Source: an uncultured Actinomycetota bacterium (GTDB taxonomy: Bacteria > Actinomycetota > Actinomycetes > JAHEKZ01). Taken from it: 64,000 bases of DNA. How positions within the stretch are numbered: the first letter of the stretch is position 1; every line of letters begins with the position of its first letter. Under the pieces are notes generated by a model that ran no database searches, was not told the DNA's origin, and saw only the letters and a list, made by a program, of their open reading frames with translations. Positions 9,654 to 19,065 of this stretch are shown here, piece after piece. A program made the position numbers and the translations under genes. Where the stretch lies: assembly GCA_963743915.1 (NCBI GenBank), contig CAVURN010000005.1, positions 416,001 through 480,000 of the forward strand. The letters are read 5' to 3'.

Positions 9654-9705
9654 GGGGCACCGTGTTCTGTGTGTGGTCTCGGTTGATGGTGAGCGTTCCG
9701 GTCTC
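9654..9705 (+). mobile_element. Diverged third copy of the tRNA-end repeat (GGGGCACCGTG-TTCTG) followed by an orphan IS481-type left end
   Basis: TGTGTGGTCTCGGTTGATGGTGA at 9670 nearly matches the left end of element 2; no transposase follows. Confidence 0.65.
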
Positions 9706-9819
9706 GGCCGACCCCAGACTGCGCCCGGTCACCGGAAAGCGCCAGGCGCGATCAAGGTGTAGCAGATCGGGTTATTGGGCATGGGGACGGTGAAACCTCA
9801 TGGAAGGACTGAGGTCATC

Positions 9820-10200
9820 ATGTCCATCTATCAACGCAAGCCGCACTTCGCAAAGGCATACTCGTTCGCCATTGTCACTGGTCTGCTCTTTCTGGTGAGC
9901 TGGCTTGCCCAGTTCCTGACCCAGATGCAGGTCGCTCGGGACGAAGCCAGTCAGCATGGCCAACCGTTCCTCTGGTCCGACTACCTGCCTCAGTTCTTCG
10001 CGTCGACTTTCGAGAACTGGCAGTCGGAGTTCCTGCAACTGATCTGGCAGGCCGCCGGACTGGCCTTCTTCTACTTCTGGGGCTCGTCACAGTCGCGGGA
10101 GAGCGACGAACGCCTCGAGGCGAAGATCGACACGCTCCTCCGGGAGCGAGGCGTCGATCCTCGTCAGGTCAACCAGGATCCCGTGGAAGAGGTCCTGGTC
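9820..10200 (+). CDS. DUF6766-like small membrane protein; 3' end uncertain because no in-frame stop is present
   Basis: FENWQSEFLQL...GSSQSR signature with two hydrophobic segments; GAGG RBS; the frame runs on antisense to the next gene. Confidence 0.65.
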
Positions 10201-10209
10201 GCGCGACCT

Positions 10210-10986
10210 CTAGCCGGACGTGATCGACTCGCACTTGAAGACGATGATGTCGCCGCGGTCGCGGATGGCCCTGTCCCTGCCGCCTCCGCAGTAGATCCGG
10301 TCAGCACCCTCACCACCCACGGCGGTGTCGGTGCCGTATCCGCCGGTGATGTGGTCGCTTCCCGGACCGCCCTTGACTCGATCGCGCTGGTCGCCCGTTC
10401 GGATCCAGTCGTCACCGGCTCCGCCGCGCACCCGATCGTGCCGGAAGCACCGTTGAAGAAGTCCGGACCTGAGCCCAGCAGAGCGGTGTCGTCGCCACCA
10501 TCACCCAGCACGGTCAGCGAGAACTCAGCGGACAACGTCGACCCGTCGACGAAGTCGTCGCCGAGTCTGGGCCAGACCTCCACGAGCAGGCGGTTGTCCT
10601 CGCTGATGCCGTACGGAATCGGGCACTTCGCAGCAATGCCAGCGGACGCCCTTGATCTCCGTGCACTGCGCCGGCAGCGCGTCGATGCGGTCGGTTCCCC
10701 TGTCCGCGAAGCGGAGCTGGTCGCCGACCTGGGTGATCACCAGGTGGCTGTTCTGCTGACCGGCGCGGTAGCGGTACCCGCAGTCGGTCTTGAGGATCCT
10801 GGCCGCGTTCTTCATCGCCAGGTGGGGGTTGCGCCCGAGGAGCTCAGTGGTGAAGGAACACGTGTCCGGACCTGCAGCCGGTTGCTGGGTCGCGGCTACA
10901 GAACTACCGCCTGTCATGAGCGAAGTGATTGCGACGGCCGTGAGGGCGGCCAGGGTGCCTGCGAGTCGTGCGTCTCGCCTGAACAT
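10210..10986 (-). CDS. Secreted RTX/hemolysin-type calcium-binding-repeat protein, paralog 1 (frameshifted)
   Basis: Signal peptide MFRRDARLAG..; GDGGDD, GGAGDD, GGPGSD, GGEGAD nonapeptides; close paralog of 11247-12023; frame breaks near 10440 and 10590-10640. Confidence 0.75.
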
Positions 10987-11246
10987 CAATCTCCCGAGGT
11001 CGACGACAATGCTGGCCAACGTACCGAGAACGCCTGAGCCATCAAAACGGGACGCGGTACTCGTCGTGTTGCCCCTATTTGTGGGGATACGCGAGGTGTC
11101 ACCCGCCTGGGTGCACGCACAAATGTGCCTTCTGCCCCTTGATCTACTGCCGGGAGTGACAAACCTCACGGTGAGCGATTTCGAGAAGGCTGTTGTTCGG
11201 CGCGTCCTGGGTCCGCGTCCGTTCTGAGCGAAGCGCCTCGTACGCA

Positions 11247-12023
11247 CTAGCTGGACGTGACCGACTCGCACTTGAAGACGATGATGTCGCCGGCGTCGCG
11301 GGTGGCCCTGTCCCGACCGCCGCCGCAGTAGAGACGGTCGGCGCCTTCACCGCCGACGATGGTGTCGGTGCCGTAGCCACCAGTGATGTGATCGTTTCCA
11401 GGGCCGGCCTTGACGCGATCGTGCTGGTCCCCCGTACGGATCCAGTCGTCTCCGGCACCGCCCTGTACTCGGTCGTTGCCGAAGGCTCCGTTGAAGAAGT
11501 CCGGGCCAGCCCCGAGGAGGGCCGTGTCGTTCCCACCATCGCCCAGCACCGTCAGGGAGAACTCCTCGGACAGCGTCGACCCGTCGACGAAGTCGTCGCC
11601 CAGTCTGGGCCAGACCTCGACGAGCAGCCGGTTGTCCACGCTGATGCCGTACGAGATCGGGCACTCGGCGGCGATGCCGCGGACGCCCTTGATCTCGGTG
11701 CACTTCGCCGGAAGCTTGTCGATGCGGTCCGTCCCCCTGTCCGCGAAGCGGAGCTTGTCGCCCACCTGGCGGATGACCAGGTGGCTGTCCTGCTGACCGG
11801 CGCGGTAGCGGTATCCGCAGTCGGTCTTGATGATCCTGGCCGCGTTCTTCATCGACAGATAGGGGTTGCGGTCAATGAGCTCCGTGGTGAAGGAGCAGGT
11901 GTCCGGACCAGCATCCGGCTGTGGTGCGGCGACGGCGCTGCCGCCGGCCATGATGGCCGTGGTCGTGGCAATGGTGATGAGGGCGGCCAGCGCCCCAGCA
12001 AGTCGTGCGTCTCGCCCGAACAT
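11247..12023 (-). CDS. Secreted RTX/hemolysin-type calcium-binding-repeat protein, paralog 2 (intact)
   Basis: Sec-type signal peptide, six Cys, C-terminal GGxGxD repeats. Confidence 0.82.
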   Translation of the reverse strand: MFGRDARLAGALAALITIATTTAIMAGGSAVAAPQPDAGPDTCSFTTELIDRNPYLSMKNAARIIKTDCGYRYRAGQQDSHLVIRQVGDKLRFADRGTDRIDKLPAKCTEIKGVRGIAAECPISYGISVDNRLLVEVWPRLGDDFVDGSTLSEEFSLTVLGDGGNDTALLGAGPDFFNGAFGNDRVQGGAGDDWIRTGDQHDRVKAGPGNDHITGGYGTDTIVGGEGADRLYCGGGRDRATRDAGDIIVFKCESVTSS

Positions 12024-12233
12024 CAACACTTCCCATCTCCGACAACGCCGGCCAGCGACTCAGGACACCCACGCACGGGCAAACGACGCACTGACTCCGG
12101 TACGGGCGTCAAGAACCACCTGCGTGTACTGACGGTGTCGGCGCCTCGACCCGCCCTCGGTGTAGGCCGAATGGGTGAAAGGCTCGATAAGGTCGCTCTC
12201 GATCGACGAGCAGCTGCAGACGAAAGGCAGGCC

Positions 12234-13556
12234 ATGACCGCCCTTCCCCCTGCCGGCACGGATCCCAGCGCACTGATCCGGAGCAAGGAGTACCGCAGGC
12301 TGCTCATCCTCGCGGCCATCGTGGGTCTGCTCGTGTCGTTCGCGTCCTGGGCGTTTCTCGAGGTCGTCCACTGGACCCAGGTCGGCTTCTACGAGTCTCT
12401 GCCCGAAGCCTTGGGTTTCGACTCGGCCCCGATGTGGTGGCCGCTTCCGATTCTGGCGCTGGCCGGGGTGCTCACCGCGGTCGCCGTCCTGCGGCTGCCC
12501 GGCAAGGGCGGGCACGTGCCGTACGAGGGACTCAAGAGCGGAGTCACTCTCCCGATCGATGTCCCGGGAGTGCTCCTGGCTGCCGTCGCGAGCCTCGGAC
12601 TCGGGCTGGTGCTTGGTCCGGAGGCGCCCCTCATTGCCCTGAGCTCAGGTGTGGCCATCTTCGCCGTCAAGCAGCTCCACAAGGACTCCTCGGACCAGGT
12701 CATCCAGGTGATTGCCGCGGCTGCGGCGTTCGCCGCCCTGTCGAGCATCTTCGGATCACCGGTGGTCGGCGCGGTCATCCTGATCGAGGCGGCTGGGCTC
12801 GGCGGCGCCATGCTTCCGTTGATCCTGCTTCCCGGACTCATGGCGGCCGGCATCGGCTCTCTGGTGTTCGTCGGGATGGACAGCTGGGCCGGGCTCAACA
12901 ACAGCGACTACACGCTGACGGCGTTCACTCTGCCCACCTACAGCAGCCCGACGGTGAGCGACTTCGCGTGGACGGTCGCGCTCTCCCTGGTGACGGCAGT
13001 CGTCACCTTCGGGATCATCCAGCTCGCCCGCCTGTCCGCCGTCCGCGTCGGGAGACATCCCTGGGCACTGATTCCTGCGGCTGCCGTCCTCGTGGGACTC
13101 GTCGCCATCGCCTTCGCGGAGATCACCGACGAGACCTCCAGCCTGGTGCTCTTCTCCGGGGAGGACTCGTTCGGTCAGCTGCTCGATCCCACGACCAGCC
13201 TCTCGCTGGGCACCTTGACCCTCTTGGTGCTCTTCAAGGGCGTCGCGTGGGCCTTGTCCTTGGGCAGCTTCAGGGGCGGCCCGACCTTCCCGGCGCTCTT
13301 CGTGGGAGCGGCGGCCGGCCTCATGGCGGCACACCTACCTGGCTTCTCCGAGACCCCGGCGGTGGTGGCGCTCATGGCAGCCTGCGCCGTCGCGGTGCTT
13401 CGCCTGCCACTGTCGTGTGTGGTGATCGTGCTGCTGCTCACTGGATCAGCAGGACCCGCAGCGGCGCCGATCATCATCGTGGCGGTCGTCGTGGCCTACC
13501 TGACGATCGAGTGGCTGCACGCCTGGCGCGGAGAGCCTGCTCGAGCAGCGGCTTGA
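12234..13556 (+). CDS. ClC/EriC-family chloride channel/transporter
   Basis: LGPEAPL and FRGGPTFP motifs, many TM helices. Confidence 0.85.
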   Translation: MTALPPAGTDPSALIRSKEYRRLLILAAIVGLLVSFASWAFLEVVHWTQVGFYESLPEALGFDSAPMWWPLPILALAGVLTAVAVLRLPGKGGHVPYEGLKSGVTLPIDVPGVLLAAVASLGLGLVLGPEAPLIALSSGVAIFAVKQLHKDSSDQVIQVIAAAAAFAALSSIFGSPVVGAVILIEAAGLGGAMLPLILLPGLMAAGIGSLVFVGMDSWAGLNNSDYTLTAFTLPTYSSPTVSDFAWTVALSLVTAVVTFGIIQLARLSAVRVGRHPWALIPAAAVLVGLVAIAFAEITDETSSLVLFSGEDSFGQLLDPTTSLSLGTLTLLVLFKGVAWALSLGSFRGGPTFPALFVGAAAGLMAAHLPGFSETPAVVALMAACAVAVLRLPLSCVVIVLLLTGSAGPAAAPIIIVAVVVAYLTIEWLHAWRGEPARAAA

Positions 13557-13630
13557 CGCCGGCCCATCCACGACTCCGCACACACGTCGGGGCCGCCGCA
13601 CCGAGAAGTGCGACGGCCCCGACGAATGCG

Positions 13631-14500
13631 CTACTTCTTCAGGTTCCAGTTGACGATCTTCGAGTAGATCTTGGGCGCGATGCCCTTGAGAACCTTGCCC
13701 ATGGTCTTCTGCGAGTCGTAGACACTGGCGTGCTTGATGGCCGCCTTCTTGCCGGCACCAATGTTGTCGTGGAGCTCGGCGAAGAGCAGCAGGTATCGCG
13801 TCGCGTCCGCCGGCACCTTGACGGTGTACTCCAGACCGTGGCGCAGTCATTGCCCGCCAGTCCCAGGAAATCGGTCACCGTGGTGGCCGCCGGCGCCTTC
13901 TTGCCCTTGAGCACCAGGGTGACGACCGGGTCGCTGAACGGGGCGGCGGGCGCGTCGCCACTGACCAGCCAGCGGTCGGCGTTCTCGTGGGTCGGTTCCG
14001 TGCTGTCGCGAGGATGGTCGTCCCGCTGTCCGATCCCAGATCCGTGTCGACCTGACCGTGGTGTTGACCGCCGTGGCACCCGGGATTGCGCATCTTCACC
14101 AGGTACTGAAGCGTCGGTGACGTCTGGATCGCTCGGGCGGTCCCGAACTGACGTGCAGACCCTCCACGCGGCGGGCGCGCCGGTCTTGACCACGTTGCCG
14201 TCCCGCGTGGCGAGTCCGTCGGGATCCTTGAAGTCGGTGGAACCCACCCTTACCACGAAACCATCGTCGAATCCGTCATCGGAGCCGACGAAGCCGCCGT
14301 CGTACAGAGGTGTGTACCCGTCGGTCGAGTCGCAGGTGTTTTCGCTGTTGTAGAAGTCCCAGAAGGCCACCCCCTGGGAGGAAAGCGCGGGGTCATCGTA
14401 ACTGAGGTCGATCTCGTAGGTGTGCCGCGAAGAGCGGTCCGCCCATCAGACTCAGCCCGGTCAGGCTGGCTATTCCTACCGTGACGATTTTCCGCATCAT
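13631..14500 (-). CDS. Secreted hypothetical protein, multiply frameshifted
   Basis: Signal peptide MRKIVTVGIASLTGLSLMGGPLFA; coding-quality pieces in several frames (AFWDFYNSE..., DTDLGSDSGT, RWLVSGD, RYLLLFAEL...NWNLKK). Confidence 0.55.
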
Positions 14501-14601
14501 GTCCGCACCTCAATCATCCGAATTGCGTACCTTGCGTACCCGCCCGACCCTAGTCACGTCACCCCTCCGGCGTACAGAGGTCACGCACCGTCACTTCACC
14601 G

Positions 14602-14997
14602 TCACGGGGCCCGTCGCCTCACGGCGATCACGCGTGCCAACGCCACCACGACCAGCGCGGTGCGCGCCAGACCCAGCACGAACCCCAAAGGCAGGGCGAA
14701 TCCGGTCCAGAAGACGAGCTCGAACGGGAGCAGGATCAGCGCTGCCCAGGCGCCCACCGTCAGCTGCTGCCACAGCAGCACGCCGACCACCACCTCCGCG
14801 ACGCACACGAGGAGAAACCCCACGAGGAGGGGCACGCTCGTCTCGATGCCGCTCCGCGCGAAGGGGCCGTCCCCGTACGTGGGGAAGCCGAGGAACGTCC
14901 ACACCTCACCGTGTCGGGCGAAGAAGCCGATCGCGTAGACGCACGGGAGGCCGAACCCCAGCCCAGCAAACCAGCTGAGGACGGCCGCGAGCCTCAC
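14602..14997 (-). CDS. Hypothetical membrane protein
   Basis: GTG start overlaps the upstream stop (GTGA); four hydrophobic segments; GFPTYGDGPF motif. Confidence 0.7.
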   Translation of the reverse strand: MRLAAVLSWFAGLGFGLPCVYAIGFFARHGEVWTFLGFPTYGDGPFARSGIETSVPLLVGFLLVCVAEVVVGVLLWQQLTVGAWAALILLPFELVFWTGFALPLGFVLGLARTALVVVALARVIAVRRRAP

Positions 14998-15278
14998 AGC
15001 TGGACGGACTCGACCGTCTCGACGACTCTGCCCTCGGGATTGTGCATGACCGCCCCGCCAGGCCCGGCCCAGAGCTCGCGCAGCCGCCCGTGCAGCAGCT
15101 CGGCCTCCTCGGCGGACGCGAAATGCAGGTCGATCATCACGTAGTTCGGATCGCTCGCTGGTCGATGGATCTCGTACCGCTGGACGCCACTGCCCTTGCG
15201 GTCGAGTGGGTCGGCGTCGAAGACTCTCTTCCAGTCGTCGTAGGACGGGACCGCGTGTTGGATCCTGAGGATGGCCAT
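14994..15278 (-). CDS. Small dimeric alpha-beta-barrel-like hypothetical protein
   Basis: MAILRIQHAVPSYDDWKRVFDADP...DPNYVMIDLHF; AGGAGA RBS. Confidence 0.7.
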   Translation of the reverse strand: MAILRIQHAVPSYDDWKRVFDADPLDRKGSGVQRYEIHRPASDPNYVMIDLHFASAEEAELLHGRLRELWAGPGGAVMHNPEGRVVETVESVQL

Positions 15279-15311
15279 GATGCTTCTCCTTTTGCGGTGC
15301 GGGTTGCTCAC

Positions 15312-16773
15312 TCACTCCGGCTTGTTGGCGGCATCGCCTCCGATCGAGAACGGCGTGCTGTAACCGGAGTACATCAGGTGCGCCAGCAGCCCCTCGGCAG
15401 CGTGCGGGAGGTTGTGGCAGTGATCGACCCACACACCCGGGTTGTCCGCGACGAAGGCGATGTCGTACGACTCGCCGTCGCGGACGTTGAGGGAGTCGAC
15501 CCACCACGGGCTGCCCGTCGCCTTCTCACCGTTGCGAGCCAGCACCACGGCGTGGTGACCATGCAGATGCATCGGATGCACCTCGCCGCTGTTGTTCTCG
15601 ATGGTCATCCGGACGACGTCCCCCTCCGTCACCACGAACATCGGGACATCGGGGTACAGGTGTCCGTTGATCGTCCACCACAGTCCCGGGCGTCCGTCGA
15701 GGAACCCGGGCCGCCTGTCCACTACGTACTCGAAGGTGCGGTCCGCGACGTCCGGGTCGAAGTCGAGCGGCGCGGAAGTGCCGTACGTCAAGGGGTCCAC
15801 GAACTCGCGGGGAGCCTCATCGGCCACCAACGTCTCGGCACCGGGCCCGACGAGCAGTGCGGCATTTCCCCCGAGCTCGACGCGGGCGCCGGTTTTCGGG
15901 GTGACCACCTCGAGGTCGGCACGTCCGCCGGCCGTCACGGTGAGCGCTTGGCCGTCGACCGGCTGCGGCTCGTTGACGTCGTACCCGTCGATCGCGAGCA
16001 CGCGGTAGCGCGCCCCCGTGACCCAGACCGACATCGGTCCGTTGTCGGTGTTGACGACCCGCACCCGGACGACGTCACCCGGCGCGGACTCGACCGCCAC
16101 GTCACCCTCTTCGCCGTTCACCGTCCGGAGGCCGTCGTAGATGTGCACCACGGCCGGAATGTCGAGGTCCTGCTGCTCCTGCTCACTGGGGTGGATCACG
16201 ACGGCGCCGAAGAGGCCACCGATGACCTGCTCGTGCGAGACCTGGTGGGAGTGGTACCAGTAGGTGCCTGCCTGGTCGGCCACGAAGCGGTAGGTGAAGC
16301 TCTCCCCCTCGGGAACGGCGTCCTGGGTGACACCGGCCACCCCGTCCATCGGGTTCGGGACGTCGATGCCGTGCCAGTGCAGCGTGATCCCGTCCGCCAC
16401 CGACTCGTTCTGGAGTCGGACCTCGACCAGGTCGCCCTGCTGCGCCTCGATCATCGGCCCCGGGGACTGTCCGTTGAGCGTGTAGCCGTCGACACTGCGC
16501 CCTGATGCCAGGGTGAACGTCTCCTGGCGCGCGGTCAGCTCGACAGTGACGTTCGCCGGCCGGTCGTCGGCCACGCCCAGGTCGACGATGCTGACGCCGC
16601 CGGAATGGTTGCCCATCTCGTGGTCAGTGGGCCCGCCACCGTAGTCGGCGTATCCCATCTCCATGACCGAGTACTCGCTCGGGCAGAAGGCTCGTCCACC
16701 ACAGCCACCCCAGTGGCAGCACGATCGCGGCTGTCGCCGCGCACGCGAGCAACAACCGACGACGACCGCTCAC
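15312..16773 (-). CDS. Membrane-anchored multicopper oxidase (one frameshift near 16683)
   Basis: Cu motifs HWHG, WYHSH, HPMHLHGH, HCHNLPH; N-terminal MSGRRRLLLACAA...TM lies in another frame. Confidence 0.88.
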
Positions 16774-16807
16774 CGCTCCATCCGCTCGGTGCCGGTCAGC
16801 GGATCGG

Positions 16808-17272
16808 TCAGACCGGCTCCCGCACCGCCGAAGCCGTGGGGGCCGCTTCGGTGGCGGAGGTGACCCGCTTGCCGGCCATGAAGGCCAGGGAGAACAGGAT
16901 CAGCGCGTTCAGACCGTGCAACATCCCGAAGAGCGCATTCTCGTGGCCCAGCAGCCCGAGGCTGACCTGGACGACCACCGCGAGCAGCACGAACGCGGCC
17001 CACTTGGCACCCCCTGGCACCTTGGCGAAGAACGAGACGATCAGGAAGATCAGCGCGATCAAGGGGATGATCATCATTCCGTTCATCCCGTGCACCATGA
17101 AGCCGACCACGCCGGGGAAGTCGAGGTCGCTCTCCATGGCGGCCTTGTCGAGGACGCCACCGTCCTTGTCGACCCAGATCCCGAGGCCGGCCATGGCGTA
17201 GACGGCCATCATGGCCTGGACGGCGACTTCAGCAGCGATGAGATAGGCGAGGACGCGATAGGTAGTTCTCAT
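16808..17272 (-). CDS. His-containing four-TM membrane protein often found beside actinobacterial multicopper oxidases
   Basis: Four TM segments with FMVHGMNG and MLHGLNA His motifs; co-directional with the oxidase. Confidence 0.7.
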   Translation of the reverse strand: MRTTYRVLAYLIAAEVAVQAMMAVYAMAGLGIWVDKDGGVLDKAAMESDLDFPGVVGFMVHGMNGMMIIPLIALIFLIVSFFAKVPGGAKWAAFVLLAVVVQVSLGLLGHENALFGMLHGLNALILFSLAFMAGKRVTSATEAAPTASAVREPV

Positions 17273-17498
17273 GCAGACCCCTCGGTCGAGATTGTGGGGA
17301 AATCCGACGTGCCGCGCGGCACGGCGAGGGAAGGTGGTGGAACAGAAGGCACGCTAGAGCGTGCCATGATCATCACGCAAGGCTTCCTGCCGTCCACATC
17401 GTGCGACGGTTCCACGATCTGATGCTCCACCGGGACGCACGGGCGCCGAGTGCACCACTCTGATGGCCACCGTCGCCCACGGACCGCAGGAGTGCCAC

Positions 17499-19022
17499 AT
17501 GCTCGGTAGCCGTCTCACGCACCTGATGCTGATCGTGTCGACCACCACCGCCCTGCTGCTGAGCGCCTGTACGTCCGAGCCTGACGACGAAGCACCACCA
17601 CAGGTAGGTGAGCCGATGGAGCTGAGCGTCCTCGTCTACAACATCGAGTACAGCGGGGACAAGTCGACCGACGCCGTCATCGAGGACCTCGATGCAGACA
17701 TCGTGGGCGTGCTGGAGTCGTACAACCGGCTGCCCGAGATCGCCGAGAAGACGGGCTACCCCTACTACAACGTCGGGCTTCAGCTGCTCTCGAAGTTCCC
17801 GATCCACGAACCTTCCGGCGCGGAAGGGCTGTACGCGCTGATCGAGGTCCAGCCGGGCTACGCCGTGGCGTTCTTCAACACCCACCTCGACTACGTCAAG
17901 TACGGGCCGAAGCTGCTGCTGGACGGGATGCCGATGGAGCAGGTTCTGGCATCCGAGGACGAGGTCCGCACCGACTCCATCAGGATCCAGACCCCCGACA
18001 TGCAGAATCTCGTGGATGCCGGGTCCCCGGTCTTTCTCACCGGTGACTTCAACCAGCCCTCGAGCCTGGACTACACCGAGGAGACCATCGGGATGCGCCA
18101 AGGCATCACCGAGGCGGTCCCGTGGACCGTCAGCGAGGCCCTCTTCGAGGTCGGCATGCGTGACACCTTCCGAGAGATCCACCCCGACCCCGTGAAGAAC
18201 CCGGGCATCACCAAGGACAACCCGGACTTCCGTGCGGGCGGCTTCGGCGACCGCATCGACTACGTCTACGCGGGTGGACCGGTCACCACGCTCGACAGCA
18301 AGCTCGTCGGCGAGAAGGGCGGCCCCGACGTCGAGCTCGGGTACCAGCCCTGGACCTCCGACCACCGCGCCGTCCTGTCGACCTTCGAGCTGGCACCGGT
18401 CGCGCTGCCGACGACCGTCTCGCTCGACCGGCGGCTGCTGACCGAAGGCGAGGATCTCGGCGTCCTCTACAACGCACCCGCCACTGGTGAGGACGGCGGC
18501 GAGAACACGATCGCGATCGTTCCTGAAGGCGGCACGGCCGACGACGCACTCGAGTCGACGTCCGTCGGCGCGAAGGGAACGACCACGTTCAGCACGGCGG
18601 ACCTCGAACCGTCCGGGTACGAGATCGTCATGCTGGACGCGGAGGGCAGCGAGCTCGGACGCAATGCGTTCTGGGTGCGGTCACTGGAGGAGGACGTCAG
18701 CCTCTCGACCGACAAGCGGTCCTACGCGGTCGGTGAGCCGATCACGATGTCCTGGGACGACGGCCCAGCCAATCGATGGGACTGGATCGGCGTCTATCGC
18801 GCGGACGCCTCGAACCCGCGACAGGACGACTACCTGCTCTGGGGATACACCGGCGGACACGAGGCGGGCGCACTTCCACCGACGGTGTTCGGCGAGATGA
18901 CCCTCGGGCCCGACTCACAGGGCAAGCCGTGGCCGCTGCCGCCGGGCGACTACCACCTTCACTACCTGCTCGCCGACCAGTACAACTCCGCCGGCTTCAT
19001 CGAGATCACGGTCGAGGAGTAG
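17499..19022 (+). CDS. Endonuclease/exonuclease/phosphatase-family lipoprotein with C-terminal Ig-like domains
   Basis: Lipobox LSAC; YNI, GVLE, NTHL, GDFN, RIDYVY, SDHRAV motifs. Confidence 0.85.
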   Translation: MLGSRLTHLMLIVSTTTALLLSACTSEPDDEAPPQVGEPMELSVLVYNIEYSGDKSTDAVIEDLDADIVGVLESYNRLPEIAEKTGYPYYNVGLQLLSKFPIHEPSGAEGLYALIEVQPGYAVAFFNTHLDYVKYGPKLLLDGMPMEQVLASEDEVRTDSIRIQTPDMQNLVDAGSPVFLTGDFNQPSSLDYTEETIGMRQGITEAVPWTVSEALFEVGMRDTFREIHPDPVKNPGITKDNPDFRAGGFGDRIDYVYAGGPVTTLDSKLVGEKGGPDVELGYQPWTSDHRAVLSTFELAPVALPTTVSLDRRLLTEGEDLGVLYNAPATGEDGGENTIAIVPEGGTADDALESTSVGAKGTTTFSTADLEPSGYEIVMLDAEGSELGRNAFWVRSLEEDVSLSTDKRSYAVGEPITMSWDDGPANRWDWIGVYRADASNPRQDDYLLWGYTGGHEAGALPPTVFGEMTLGPDSQGKPWPLPPGDYHLHYLLADQYNSAGFIEITVEE

Positions 19023-19065
19023 CAGTGGGCGGCGCGGGTTGAATGCACCCGCGCCGCCACCGCAC

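Noticed and set aside
6861-9700. Three GGGCACCGTG repeats read as a CRISPR array or as prophage/ICE attL/attR sites
   Set aside because: The intervening segments are 1.4-kb IS elements with TIRs, and no cas or integrase gene is present; target-site duplication explains the repeats.
11193-14353. Long ORFs of 787 aa (N-terminal extension of the ClC gene) and 639 aa
   Set aside because: Antisense or alternate-frame shadows typical of high-GC DNA; the real ClC gene starts near 12234.
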